From contig JABIHA010000077.1 of the NCBI GenBank assembly GCA_018649885.1, positions 1 through 42,355 of the forward strand: DNA of 42,355 nt, in the 5' to 3' direction. This stretch comes from Bacteriovoracaceae bacterium. GTDB lineage: Bacteria > Bdellovibrionota > Bacteriovoracia > Bacteriovoracales > Bacteriovoracaceae. Positions within the stretch are counted from its first letter, which is position 1. Every line of letters begins with the position of its first letter. Shown one piece after another: positions 1 through 8,641 of the stretch. The notes beneath the pieces are model-generated. The model made no database searches. It saw nothing but the letters and a program-made list of their open reading frames with translations, and had not been told where the DNA came from. The translations under genes were made by a program, and so were the position numbers.

Positions 1-1
1 A

Positions 2-76
2 CAAAATTGGTTAAGACTAAATTTTCAGGGAGAAATGGTGAATGGTGAAAAAGGAGTGATAACGGGAACTTATTAA
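2..76 (+). CDS. Possible 3' end of a gene entering from the left edge (QNWLRLNFQGEMVNGEKGVITGTY*)
   Basis: Open frame from position 2 to TAA at 74-76, followed by a hairpin with a T-run at 111-127. Too short to identify. Confidence 0.3.
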   Translation, partial: QNWLRLNFQGEMVNGEKGVITGTY

Positions 77-480
77 CATCTTGACTGACTGGGACTATGG
101 GGTATTCTCCAAGCCGGAACGGCTTTTAGTCCAATTGATGCCACATTATAAAAGCTTTCAGCTCTAAGAAAGTAATTATCTCTTGGTCTTCTTATACCAA
201 TTTGGATGTCGATTACATCTGAAGCATATTTTTGAGAATCGGAAGTATTAAAATTAAAGTTTTTCGACCCTCCCTCTGGGTTGAAACCCAATTTAACAGC
301 GATTGCTTCTAACAACGTTGATTTACCTGAGCCATTTTCGCCTATTAAAAAAGTAACATTAGAATCAAGCTCTAAATGTTCCAAATATTTAATAGATGGA
401 ACATTATAAGGATATCCTGTCTTGGTAGTGTAGCTCTGATTCAATTGAATTGATTGGATATATCTTTTATCGAAATACAT
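73..480 (-). pseudogene. 3'-truncated ABC-type/AAA ATPase (COG3910-like predicted ATPase)
   Basis: Walker A GENGSGKSTLLEAIA, family motifs GFNPEGGSKNF and YFLRAESFYNVA. The sequence then diverges and stops without the signature or Walker B half (family members are about 240-250 aa). Confidence 0.75.
111..127 (+). terminator. Short hairpin, putative intrinsic terminator
   Basis: AAGCCG-GAA-CGGCTT-TT. Confidence 0.45.
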
Positions 481-482
481 GA

Positions 483-1028
483 TTACTTAATAAAAGCGTT
501 AATAATACCAGTAAAAGATACTGATAAAACGTGGCCCATAGGAGATAAATCATAAGTAGACTTTTCCTTCACAATAAGTCGATTTAAAATCAACTCCTTA
601 ATATGATGATAGAACTGACCTTGAGATAATCCAGTATATTCCAATATTTGCTTTTGCGACATTACACCATCTTTAATTATTGCTCGAATTATCAATAATT
701 TTTCTTCTGATGAGAAGCATTGGCAAAACTTAGATATGTCATTAGCATCAGCTTGGTCTATAAATTCATTAAACTCTTTGTCAGATTTAAACCCTCCAGA
801 ACAACTCCACCTGATGAGTCGATTTTCATTTTCACTTGGTATTGCGATTCCAGAAAAGACTATGCCTTTCTTAAATCTCTTATTATGAGCAACCAGTAAT
901 TCATCCAAGTCTATAGTTAACTGGTCTAACTTTGGCCTAGTCGATTTTGCAGTGCTTATGTTTTTCACATTAAGGTTTTCAAGTGCTTTTATTCTATTCT
1001 CTAGTTCTTTTAGTTTTTTTGTACTCAC
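483..1028 (-). CDS. ArsR-like winged-helix DNA-binding protein
   Basis: C-terminal wHTH (EEKLLIIRAII..MSQKQILEYTGLSQGQFYHHIKELI..LIVK..YDLS), N-terminal coiled coil; GTG start with GGAG RBS. Confidence 0.75.
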   Translation of the reverse strand: MSTKKLKELENRIKALENLNVKNISTAKSTRPKLDQLTIDLDELLVAHNKRFKKGIVFSGIAIPSENENRLIRWSCSGGFKSDKEFNEFIDQADANDISKFCQCFSSEEKLLIIRAIIKDGVMSQKQILEYTGLSQGQFYHHIKELILNRLIVKEKSTYDLSPMGHVLSVSFTGIINAFIK

Positions 1029-1040
1029 GATTACTCCATG

Positions 1041-1083
1041 TATAACGTAATTACGTAATAGCAGAATTTGAAAATTATTGCAA
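1041..1083 (-). promoter_or_regulatory. sigma70 promoter with overlapping palindromic operator
   Basis: Minus strand TTGCAA(1083-1078)-17 bp-TATTAC(1060-1055) with TGn extension; perfect palindrome ACGTAATTACGT at 1045-1056. Confidence 0.55.
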
Positions 1084-1241
1084 ATATAAAACTATCGTAA
1101 GATACTTCTAATTGGTTACTACTTGAATTAATGCTTCAACTTATTGAAATAAAAAGCTAAAATTTTCATTAGATACCATTAGACCCACTTTTGTTGAGTC
1201 TTTGGGAAACTAATTCAATGATATTAAAGAGATAGAACAAA

Positions 1242-2051
1242 ATGCCTGAATTACCCGAAGTTGAAACCATCAAAAATCAAATATCAACTCTTTTTCCCAT
1301 GAAAATCACATCTTTTAAAACCTCAGCTGTAGCGGGATCTATATTGAAAGTTCGAGAATTTGAGCCGGTTGGGAAGAAGATTGTGAAGGCCTCTCGGGTT
1401 GGGAAGCTTTTGGTTATTGAGTTGGAGAAGAAGCTTGTTATGCTTTCTCATCTTGGGATGAGTGGGTCTTGGAGGATGGGCAAAGAGGCGACTGCCGAGA
1501 AACATGCGCATATTATTATTTCGGGGAAGGGTAAGCAGCTTTCTTATGTTGATCCTCGGAGGTTTGGGAATTTGTATTTGGTGGAGAGAGGGTCTCCGGC
1601 GTTTTTGAAGGTGATGAAAAATATTGGGGTTGATATTAGCTCTGGGGATTTTACTGAGGAATATTGTTACTCGGCGATTCGGAAATATCCTGAGAGACCG
1701 ATTAAGGTTAGTCTTTTGGATCAAGGGTTGTTTGCGGGGTGTGGGAATTATATTGCTTCTGAGATATGTGCACATGCTGGAGTTCGACCTACTCGGAAGT
1801 GTAGGAATATTACAAAGGCAGAGGCCGGTAGGATTCAAAGGGCCACTGGGCTTGTAATTGGTGGAGGCATTGCTAGTGGGGGGAATACCTTTTCTGGAGG
1901 ATATGTTGATTCATATGGTGAAGCTGGGGAAGGGGTGAAGAATTTGGTGGTTTTTTATCAAAAAGAGTGTGGGCTTTGTAAGAAGAGTGCGGTGAAAAAA
2001 ATTGAGCTTGGAGGGAGAGGGACATATTATCGCCCTGCCTGTCAGAAGTAG
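1242..2051 (+). CDS. mutM: Formamidopyrimidine-DNA glycosylase (Fpg/MutM)
   Basis: N-terminal MPELPEVE, R.GK, HLGMSG, DPRRFG, H2TH LLDQ..AGCGNYIASE; C-terminal zinc finger CGLC...GRGTYY(R)PACQ with the third Cys replaced by Arg. Confidence 0.95.
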   Translation: MPELPEVETIKNQISTLFPMKITSFKTSAVAGSILKVREFEPVGKKIVKASRVGKLLVIELEKKLVMLSHLGMSGSWRMGKEATAEKHAHIIISGKGKQLSYVDPRRFGNLYLVERGSPAFLKVMKNIGVDISSGDFTEEYCYSAIRKYPERPIKVSLLDQGLFAGCGNYIASEICAHAGVRPTRKCRNITKAEAGRIQRATGLVIGGGIASGGNTFSGGYVDSYGEAGEGVKNLVVFYQKECGLCKKSAVKKIELGGRGTYYRPACQK

Positions 2052-2086
2052 ATACAATATTGGTAAATAATTAACGGAAGCGAGAT

Positions 2087-2560
2087 ATGGAACAAAATTA
2101 TTGGCGTAAATGTGGTGTATGCAAAAAAGAGATAGGCTTTAATGGGGTTTATCAAAAGTGCTCCGTTAGTACTTGTCGAAAGCATGTGTTTTGTTCGGTG
2201 ACTTGTTGGGATGTCCATCTAGGGGTTGAAAATCACCGTACGGCGTGGGCAGAGGAAGAAAAGGCTCCAGCACTAGCTCAAAATGATAAACCTCGTAGAA
2301 GGATTGTTAGCACTCCTAGTAGCAGTGCTGGCCCTAGTGCTGCTAGCACGGGTGGATCTGGTTCTAATAGTAGTGATTATCCTGTGGATGTACTTATTGT
2401 GGCCTCAAAGCTTAAGGCCTATGTGAAGGCCCGGGCAGATATGAATACTTCTGGAAATGTGCTCGAAAAGCTCTCTGAGCTTGTACGCGGCTTAGCTGAT
2501 GGGGCCATTGACCGCGCTCGTGCTGATGGCCGTAAGACCATCATGGATCGCGATTTTTAA
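2087..2560 (+). CDS. Bacterial histone with N-terminal Cys/His zinc-finger domain (ZZ-type histone)
   Basis: N-terminal CxxC-x12-Cx4C-x2H-x2-Cx3C-x3H-x5H; Ser/Gly linker; C-terminal VLIVASKLKAYVK...MNTS...AIDRARADGRKTIMDRDF matching the Bd0055-type histone fold (RKT..RD). Confidence 0.88.
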   Translation: MEQNYWRKCGVCKKEIGFNGVYQKCSVSTCRKHVFCSVTCWDVHLGVENHRTAWAEEEKAPALAQNDKPRRRIVSTPSSSAGPSAASTGGSGSNSSDYPVDVLIVASKLKAYVKARADMNTSGNVLEKLSELVRGLADGAIDRARADGRKTIMDRDF

Positions 2561-2566
2561 TCAGCT

Positions 2567-5500
2567 TTATTCATCAAATGCGCTGTTAATCATAAAACTA
2601 GTATCTCCAAGGCTTTTAAGAATTTTGGCCTTTTGGTCTAGAGATAAATAGTTTCTGCCACTCCAATAGGACATGACATTTTCTTTAACTTTTTTTCCGC
2701 CTTTAAATCCTTGGATACACTCCAGAGCTCCATCTTTAATTTCACAAACTTCTGCCACAGAGTGTTTTTCTTTATATCTCGCCAAAGTGTCTGAGTGCTC
2801 GGCTTCTTCAAAGGCAACAACAACTCCTTCGCCAGTACCGCAGTAGCTTTCTGGTGAAATTCCACCGTTAAAGCTGGTGGTCAGGGCGTAGCATAGATCT
2901 GGGAAGTGAAGAACTCGGTAGCCGTCTACCGCTGTGTCATCGATACCATCTCCAGTTAGTTTTTTGGGAGATTCAATAGTTTTTGAATTGGAGGGAGAGA
3001 CCATGTAACCAATAGCACGTTTTGGGCCTAAGAATTTACAAGTTCCATCACTTTGTTTTGTACAGACAATGACACCGGGATTTTTATCCGCTTCAAAAGT
3101 ATGTTGAAGACCAAGGGCGTGACCCACTTCATGGGCAATCACATCACTAGTAGATTTTGGACCACTCATGACAATTCCCCAGACACTTGAGTGAGGTAAA
3201 TGTCCCCAGCCACCTCTTGATTTTCCGCTCTTGCTTATCACTTCTTTGAAAATCACAACTGGGATTGCATCAGTGATTGTTTCTTTGTATGCATCCATTT
3301 TTTTTATATTTAATGCTACTCTTACTTTTTCCAATTCTGCTTCTTCTCTTTTTTCTACATCTTCTTCTGTATCATCTTCTTGAGGTGTGCTAACATAAAC
3401 ATCTCTTTTACTAAAAGTCTTAAGGCCAGAAAACTCTTCATAGGATTCTCTATATTCTTTAATTGAGACTGTTAGAAATTCATTGTAAATTTCAAAGGAG
3501 CTTTTAAGTTTAGTAAAAAGATCCTCTCTTGAAATAGATGTTACTTTATCATCACTGTCAGCACTCACTTTTACTTGTGTATTGAGAATTGAAAGATGAA
3601 CAGTTGGTTGATCACTTTTTTCAATTTCGGCCTCGATAGGAGATTTCATAATTGTGCCATCTGACATCACAAATTCGATGGAGCCGAGAAATTGTCCTTC
3701 TTTTTTGGGATAAAGGTTGAGGTTGTATATTTTATCGGCCGAGCCTTTGTCATAAGAAATAGATTTTGTTTCAGCGTTGTAGTCACTGTTAAAAATCCAA
3801 AAGTACTCATCAAGTCCTGAAAGTTTGACTTCCACGATTTCTCTAACGAGGTGTTCATAACTTTTGAGTTGAAAAGTATAAATGTGGGGCTGTCCTACTT
3901 TAACTTTAAAAAATTCGTTATCCACTTCAGGATGCTCAGGTACAATATTGACTTTGACTTTGAAAAGCATGGAAAAATTGGCGCCATTATCATAGTGAAT
4001 AATGTATTCATCAATATAGGACTCTCTCATATTCTCCCAATCAAAGCTGACTTCAAATCTTCCATTTTCAAATGTGACGTCTGTGATGATTTGATCATCA
4101 AGGGGTCCTTGCTCCATTTTGGAGTTGTAAAAGCTAATACATTCAAGATTGTTTTCAAGCTGACATGAGGGAACCCCTGGAATTTGAACTACAAGAGTCT
4201 CATCCCAAAGTTGCCTGTTATTGGAGACAAATTTTTCATCTAAAACCATTGCATGATTAAGATTCCATGGTTTGGCGATGATCACCACTTCTGTTTTTGT
4301 TAATTCACCTGTTTTGAATAGTGCCTTATAGTTTCCTACACTACCTCCAGGGATTTTATAAATGAAGTTTTCGGAAGAGTATTCAAGACCTGGAATAGTT
4401 GTTTCAAGAATTTCATCACTTTCTAGGAGTCCTTCAATTTTTCCAGTAAAACCATATTGAGGGTGAACTGTTATGACGTGTTCTATTACATCTCTTGATT
4501 GAAGATTAATAAAGACTTTAGAGCTACTTTTATCGACCCCATCACTGGTGATCACTTCTATTTCAAATTTTCCAAATTTTTTGTCACTTGGAATAAAATC
4601 AAGTGACAACTCTCCGTCCAGGCAAAAATTCTCGCCCTGGTAATGACATTCCACAAAGACCTCATCTTCATCGAGGTCCATTCCAGTAAATTGGATTTTG
4701 GGGCTAGTGGAAGAGACAAAGAAGTTTTTTCCGTTTTCTACAGTTAATGTGGGGGCCCTATTTTCACGAATCACTTTGACAACGGTCGATGCCTTAAGGA
4801 GGTTATCAATATCATCACTATCAGGATCTCTGTCGTGAACAAAGCATGAGTGCTCTCCCTCAGGAAGAAGAAATTCAAAAACGCCTGGAGAGATTTGTCT
4901 TTCACCGTGAGCAGCGGGGCATAGTACAACCAGAGTATCTCCATCTGGATCTTCAACCTGGAAGGGAACTCTTGTTGAATTGCCAGCACCTTTCAGGATA
5001 AACTCAGATGCCACCATATTAAAATTTGGCGCCCTATTTTCATTGAGAATATTGAGTCTTAAATTATAGTCTTTGGTGATCTTTTTTCCGCCACCTCTAA
5101 TTTGATTCACTACTTGAAAAGGAAGACTTAGTACCTTGGTCTGCTGATCGAGATCATATGATGACAAATCGTGGCCAAGGGTCATAGTGACAATAATTCG
5201 TTTACTTTCTCTTTGGACCTCAAGATCTGTTTGAATATCAATCTCTCTTCCAAACTCAATATCGACACCGAAGTTTTTGTTTTTAAATTCAATGGCAAAA
5301 ACAATTTTTTCACCTTCAACAATTCCATCAATATCAGTAATTTCTCGGTCTGTGCTATCGTAGCGACAATTACTCATACAGCTCACCTGAAAAGAGAAAA
5401 AGTCAGTAAACTGAGAAAACTCTTTTTTCATGGCCGCACGGTTTCTTTCTCTTTCAGCCGCCCTTTCAGCATATTTGTCTTCCCACTCCTGATCAGAAAA

Positions 5501-5872
5501 CCCAGGGGTCAACTTCTTTTCTACCCCTCGCCAAAATGTAATCCAACCCTCTTTTGCCTTGGCAAATGTGGCCTTTCGTTTTTTTCTTCTTTTTTCTTTT
5601 CTGGAGGCCCTTTCTTCTTTGGTACGTTTAGGGGCAAAGGTTCTGGCAAAGAAATCATCAACATCTCTTTTAAATTTTTGAAATCCGTAGAGTTTTTCTT
5701 CTTCTACGTCTTGAGAGTCACCAGAGCTTTCCTCTGTCGTCTCGTCAGCAGAACTAATGGATCTTTCAATTCGTTGAAAATCACCATCAAGCGCTGGCAA
5801 TTTAGCAAGGCCTGTATCAATAAAATTTATTTGAATAGCTAACGCCAATACAAAGCATAAAAACTTCTTCAT
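2567..5872 (-). CDS. Large secreted zinc metalloprotease: cadherin/Ig-like repeats plus C-terminal M43 (pappalysin/ulilysin-like) metzincin domain
   Basis: Signal peptide; two ENRAP..DxDxD repeats; HEVGHALGLQHTF zinc motif, GDGIDDT, Met-turn NVMSY. Confidence 0.75.
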   Translation of the reverse strand: MKKFLCFVLALAIQINFIDTGLAKLPALDGDFQRIERSISSADETTEESSGDSQDVEEEKLYGFQKFKRDVDDFFARTFAPKRTKEERASRKEKRRKKRKATFAKAKEGWITFWRGVEKKLTPGFSDQEWEDKYAERAAERERNRAAMKKEFSQFTDFFSFQVSCMSNCRYDSTDREITDIDGIVEGEKIVFAIEFKNKNFGVDIEFGREIDIQTDLEVQRESKRIIVTMTLGHDLSSYDLDQQTKVLSLPFQVVNQIRGGGKKITKDYNLRLNILNENRAPNFNMVASEFILKGAGNSTRVPFQVEDPDGDTLVVLCPAAHGERQISPGVFEFLLPEGEHSCFVHDRDPDSDDIDNLLKASTVVKVIRENRAPTLTVENGKNFFVSSTSPKIQFTGMDLDEDEVFVECHYQGENFCLDGELSLDFIPSDKKFGKFEIEVITSDGVDKSSSKVFINLQSRDVIEHVITVHPQYGFTGKIEGLLESDEILETTIPGLEYSSENFIYKIPGGSVGNYKALFKTGELTKTEVVIIAKPWNLNHAMVLDEKFVSNNRQLWDETLVVQIPGVPSCQLENNLECISFYNSKMEQGPLDDQIITDVTFENGRFEVSFDWENMRESYIDEYIIHYDNGANFSMLFKVKVNIVPEHPEVDNEFFKVKVGQPHIYTFQLKSYEHLVREIVEVKLSGLDEYFWIFNSDYNAETKSISYDKGSADKIYNLNLYPKKEGQFLGSIEFVMSDGTIMKSPIEAEIEKSDQPTVHLSILNTQVKVSADSDDKVTSISREDLFTKLKSSFEIYNEFLTVSIKEYRESYEEFSGLKTFSKRDVYVSTPQEDDTEEDVEKREEAELEKVRVALNIKKMDAYKETITDAIPVVIFKEVISKSGKSRGGWGHLPHSSVWGIVMSGPKSTSDVIAHEVGHALGLQHTFEADKNPGVIVCTKQSDGTCKFLGPKRAIGYMVSPSNSKTIESPKKLTGDGIDDTAVDGYRVLHFPDLCYALTTSFNGGISPESYCGTGEGVVVAFEEAEHSDTLARYKEKHSVAEVCEIKDGALECIQGFKGGKKVKENVMSYWSGRNYLSLDQKAKILKSLGDTSFMINSAFDE

Positions 5873-5908
5873 TTACTTCCCCTGATCTAATTCGTCACCC
5901 CATTTATA

Positions 5909-5925
5909 TACAAGTATTTGGCCAA
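5909..5925 (-). promoter_or_regulatory. Degenerate sigma54 (-24/-12) promoter for the protease gene
   Basis: Minus strand TTGGCCAAATACTTGTA = GG-N10-GT, about 37 bp before the ATG. Confidence 0.35.
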
Positions 5926-6049
5926 AATTTGGCCCCCATTTTCAATGGGATAACAGCTCACCTCTTATGAATAGTGTGCAGCTGTTCAGTTTTTAATCAA
6001 TTTAGTGCCGACACTCACGCTCCAAGCCAGCTAAATGTTGTCCCTCACT

Positions 6050-6065
6050 TGGCCCTTCGCTTGCA
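6050..6065 (+). promoter_or_regulatory. sigma54 (-24/-12) promoter
   Basis: TGGCCCTTCGCTTGCA, exact GG-N10-GC spacing, about 60 bp upstream of the ATG at 6127. Confidence 0.65.
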
Positions 6066-6126
6066 CCTTATAATCTCAAAATTGAGAGAGAATTAAATTA
6101 AACTATTGAGAGAGAGGAGAATCCCC

Positions 6127-6843
6127 ATGAGTAAAAATTATTTACTATCAGCACTATTACTAGCAATGACTCTAACAAATACATCTTTCGCCGAAGATCC
6201 AATGGGTGAAATGACTTTCGGTGGAGAAGGTGGAGGTGGAATGAGCGTTGGAGTAGGTGTGGGGGGATTTCCGCCCACAACGATGCCAGTGCAAGATAGC
6301 CCTGTCCAATCTAAGGTTCACGCCATGAGTGCCCGGTATGTGGAAAATATTGGAGAAGGAATGGTTCAGTTTTCAGGCGTTGGCATCTACAACAATTTTA
6401 AATTTTTTAAAGATTTAAATTGTCCCACTCCCGGAAGTGCAGGTCTTGAGTGCGATACTTTTTATTTACCAACTCTTTCAGGTTTTATAACCGTTGAAAA
6501 CACTGATAAAGACTCAGTTTGTAAAAATTTAACAAAAAATCCAGATGCAACCTATAATCCTGACTATCAAGGTGGGGACAAACCAATGTCTGACCGTCTT
6601 ATTGATAGTGCCCCCGGAGGGTTATACTTAAATACATTCTCAATAGATTCTTATGGCTTTGATAATGTGGGTGATCAAATAAGAAGAGACTCTTCTGCTG
6701 CTGATGACACTCAAGCAATTTATTCAATTGCCTGTTTTAACCCAACTGATAAAATAGATGGCGCAGAAAGTGTGCTCCACTCAGATAGAGTTGATCCAAC
6801 AGATGATAGTGAGCCAGCAGCGCTCTCTTTAGACGGCGAATAA
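6127..6843 (+). CDS. Secreted hypothetical protein (Gly-rich N-terminus, 4 Cys, acidic)
   Basis: ATG at 6127 with GAGGAG RBS; signal peptide MSKNYLLSALLLAMTLTNTSFA. Confidence 0.75.
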   Translation: MSKNYLLSALLLAMTLTNTSFAEDPMGEMTFGGEGGGGMSVGVGVGGFPPTTMPVQDSPVQSKVHAMSARYVENIGEGMVQFSGVGIYNNFKFFKDLNCPTPGSAGLECDTFYLPTLSGFITVENTDKDSVCKNLTKNPDATYNPDYQGGDKPMSDRLIDSAPGGLYLNTFSIDSYGFDNVGDQIRRDSSAADDTQAIYSIACFNPTDKIDGAESVLHSDRVDPTDDSEPAALSLDGE

Positions 6844-6867
6844 AAAATTAATAGACAAGTTAATTAT

Positions 6868-6902
6868 AAAAAGGGGATCAGAATTGATCCCCTATTTTTT
6901 TT
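6868..6902. terminator. Bidirectional intrinsic terminator
   Basis: AAAA-AGGGGATCA-GAAT-TGATCCCCT-ATTTTTTTT between convergent genes. Confidence 0.85.
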
Positions 6903-7383
6903 CTAAAATCTTAAAATCCCAATGGAGTTTATTGGATTCACTGACAGGATGTTCCTCACAGCTGAGCTGGTCCCAATCTTTCATTTCAATAAGTGGAAAG
7001 AAAGTATCGGCGTCTCCTGAGTAGTCAACTTCTGTAAGGTAGAGCCTGTCCAAAATTTCTAGGGACTGATCATAGATTGATCCTCCCCCACAAATAAAAA
7101 CTTCCACTTCCCCCGAGGCCTTGGCCATAGTTAGGGCCGCGATAACAGAGGAGCAAACCTGGACGCCATCAGCGTGAAAGGTGGGGTCTTTTGTCAGCAC
7201 AATAGTCGTTCTTCCGGGAAGAGGACGACCAATGGATTCAAAAGTTTTGCGACCCATAATCAGGTGATGGCCCATAGTGGTTTTTTTGAAATTTTTAAAC
7301 TCTTCACTTAAGTGCCAAAGCATCTTGCCTTCAAAACCAATTTCACTATTTTTCCCGCAAGCGACGATGGCAGAGACAATCAT
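6892..7383 (-). CDS. folA: Dihydrofolate reductase
   Basis: [37 protein letters not shown]; 4-bp overlap with thyA. Confidence 0.96.
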   Translation of the reverse strand: MIVSAIVACGKNSEIGFEGKMLWHLSEEFKNFKKTTMGHHLIMGRKTFESIGRPLPGRTTIVLTKDPTFHADGVQVCSSVIAALTMAKASGEVEVFICGGGSIYDQSLEILDRLYLTEVDYSGDADTFFPLIEMKDWDQLSCEEHPVSESNKLHWDFKILEKK

Positions 7384-8174
7384 ATGGCCACCTTACCTTT
7401 AATATGGGGATGGAATTTGTAGTTTTTAAGTTCAAAGTCGTCGAACTTAAATTCAAAGATATTTTTGACCTCTGGGTTAATCACCATTTGTGGTAACTCA
7501 TAAGGCCCTCTTGTGAGCTGAAGATTGGTTTGGTCAATATGATTGGAGTACAAGTGAGCGTCACCAAGAGTGTGAACAAATTCACCGGGCTTAAGATCGC
7601 AGACCTGTGCCATCATCATTGTTAGTAGTGCATAAGAGGCTATATTAAAGGGCACTCCCAAAAAGACATCAGCTGATCTTTGATAGAGCTGGCATGAGAG
7701 TTTATCTCCTGAAACATAGAATTGAAAAAAGGCGTGACATGGGGGAAGGGCCATCTTGTCGAGCTCTCCTACATTCCATGCATTGACGATTAGTCGTCTT
7801 GAGTTTGGATTTTTTTTGATCTCTGATACTACCCAAGCGATTTGATCAAAGGTCCTACCATCAGCGCCTCTCCACGATCTCCACTGAGAGCCGTAAACTG
7901 GACCTAGATTTCCATTTTCATCTGCCCATTCATTCCAAATGGAAACTCCATTTTCTGTTAAATAGGATGTGTTAGTGTCACCTGATAAAAACCATAAAAG
8001 CTCGTGAATGATGCTTTTTAAATGGCATTTTTTAGTGGTCACTAGGGGGAATCCCTTTTGTAAATCAAAGCGCATTTGGCGCCCAAAAACTGAAAGTGTG
8101 CCGGTCCCAGTGCGGTCTGATTTTTCATCACCGCTTTTTAAAATTTCTTCCATGAGGTTTAAGTATTGCTTCAA
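7380..8174 (-). CDS. thyA: Thymidylate synthase
   Basis: [39 protein letters not shown]; probable TTG start at 8174 with AGGAGG RBS (264 aa). Confidence 0.97.
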   Translation of the reverse strand: MKQYLNLMEEILKSGDEKSDRTGTGTLSVFGRQMRFDLQKGFPLVTTKKCHLKSIIHELLWFLSGDTNTSYLTENGVSIWNEWADENGNLGPVYGSQWRSWRGADGRTFDQIAWVVSEIKKNPNSRRLIVNAWNVGELDKMALPPCHAFFQFYVSGDKLSCQLYQRSADVFLGVPFNIASYALLTMMMAQVCDLKPGEFVHTLGDAHLYSNHIDQTNLQLTRGPYELPQMVINPEVKNIFEFKFDDFELKNYKFHPHIKGKVAI

Positions 8175-8272
8175 AGTGCCTCCTATAATCTTACGTCTCA
8201 CCTAACATGATAGAACAGCTGGAGGTGTACTCACAAGGCAAGTGGCGGAATCAAATGGAAAAAAAATGGGGT

Positions 8273-8641
8273 TTATGAATTTTCAATGTCTTTGATATTC
8301 TGGATAAGCTTTTTGACTCTACTGAGCTCTTTTTTCTCTTCTTCAAGATCAATATTGGGCACATACACTGAGCCATCAAGACCAGCTTGAGGGTGAGAGG
8401 GCATGTTAATTTTTTTAAATGGGTTGCTGCGAGGAACCATTTTGGGTCCACTGTCTTTTACCCAAATCACTTCAAGAGGAAAGTAACCAGCTTCACTGAA
8501 ATGTTCGATATTATTCTGATGGGCGCTCTTTTGAAGATGCAAAAGCTTTTTGTATTCGCTGTGGTCTTTAGGTCCATTTGGCTGGGCCATGAGATTCATT
8601 GAAAAAAGTGCTAAAAGTAAAAAGGTAGCTGCAAAACGCAT
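8273..8641 (-). CDS. Secreted hypothetical protein
   Basis: Signal peptide MRFAATFLLLALFSMNLMA; C-terminal coiled coil. Confidence 0.65.
   Translation of the reverse strand: MRFAATFLLLALFSMNLMAQPNGPKDHSEYKKLLHLQKSAHQNNIEHFSEAGYFPLEVIWVKDSGPKMVPRSNPFKKINMPSHPQAGLDGSVYVPNIDLEEEKKELSRVKKLIQNIKDIENS

Noticed and set aside
1136..1152. TTCAACTTATTGAA inverted repeat / IHF- or dif-like site
   Set aside because: Short, AT-rich and no match to XerC/XerD arms; could be chance.
1323..1838. 171-aa antisense ORF within mutM
   Set aside because: Low-complexity N/P/R/I product; a by-product of the G/T-skewed codon usage of mutM.
5171..5842. 223-aa Phe-rich ORF antisense to the protease
   Set aside because: Mirror of Lys/Glu-rich codons on the coding strand; no RBS or motif.
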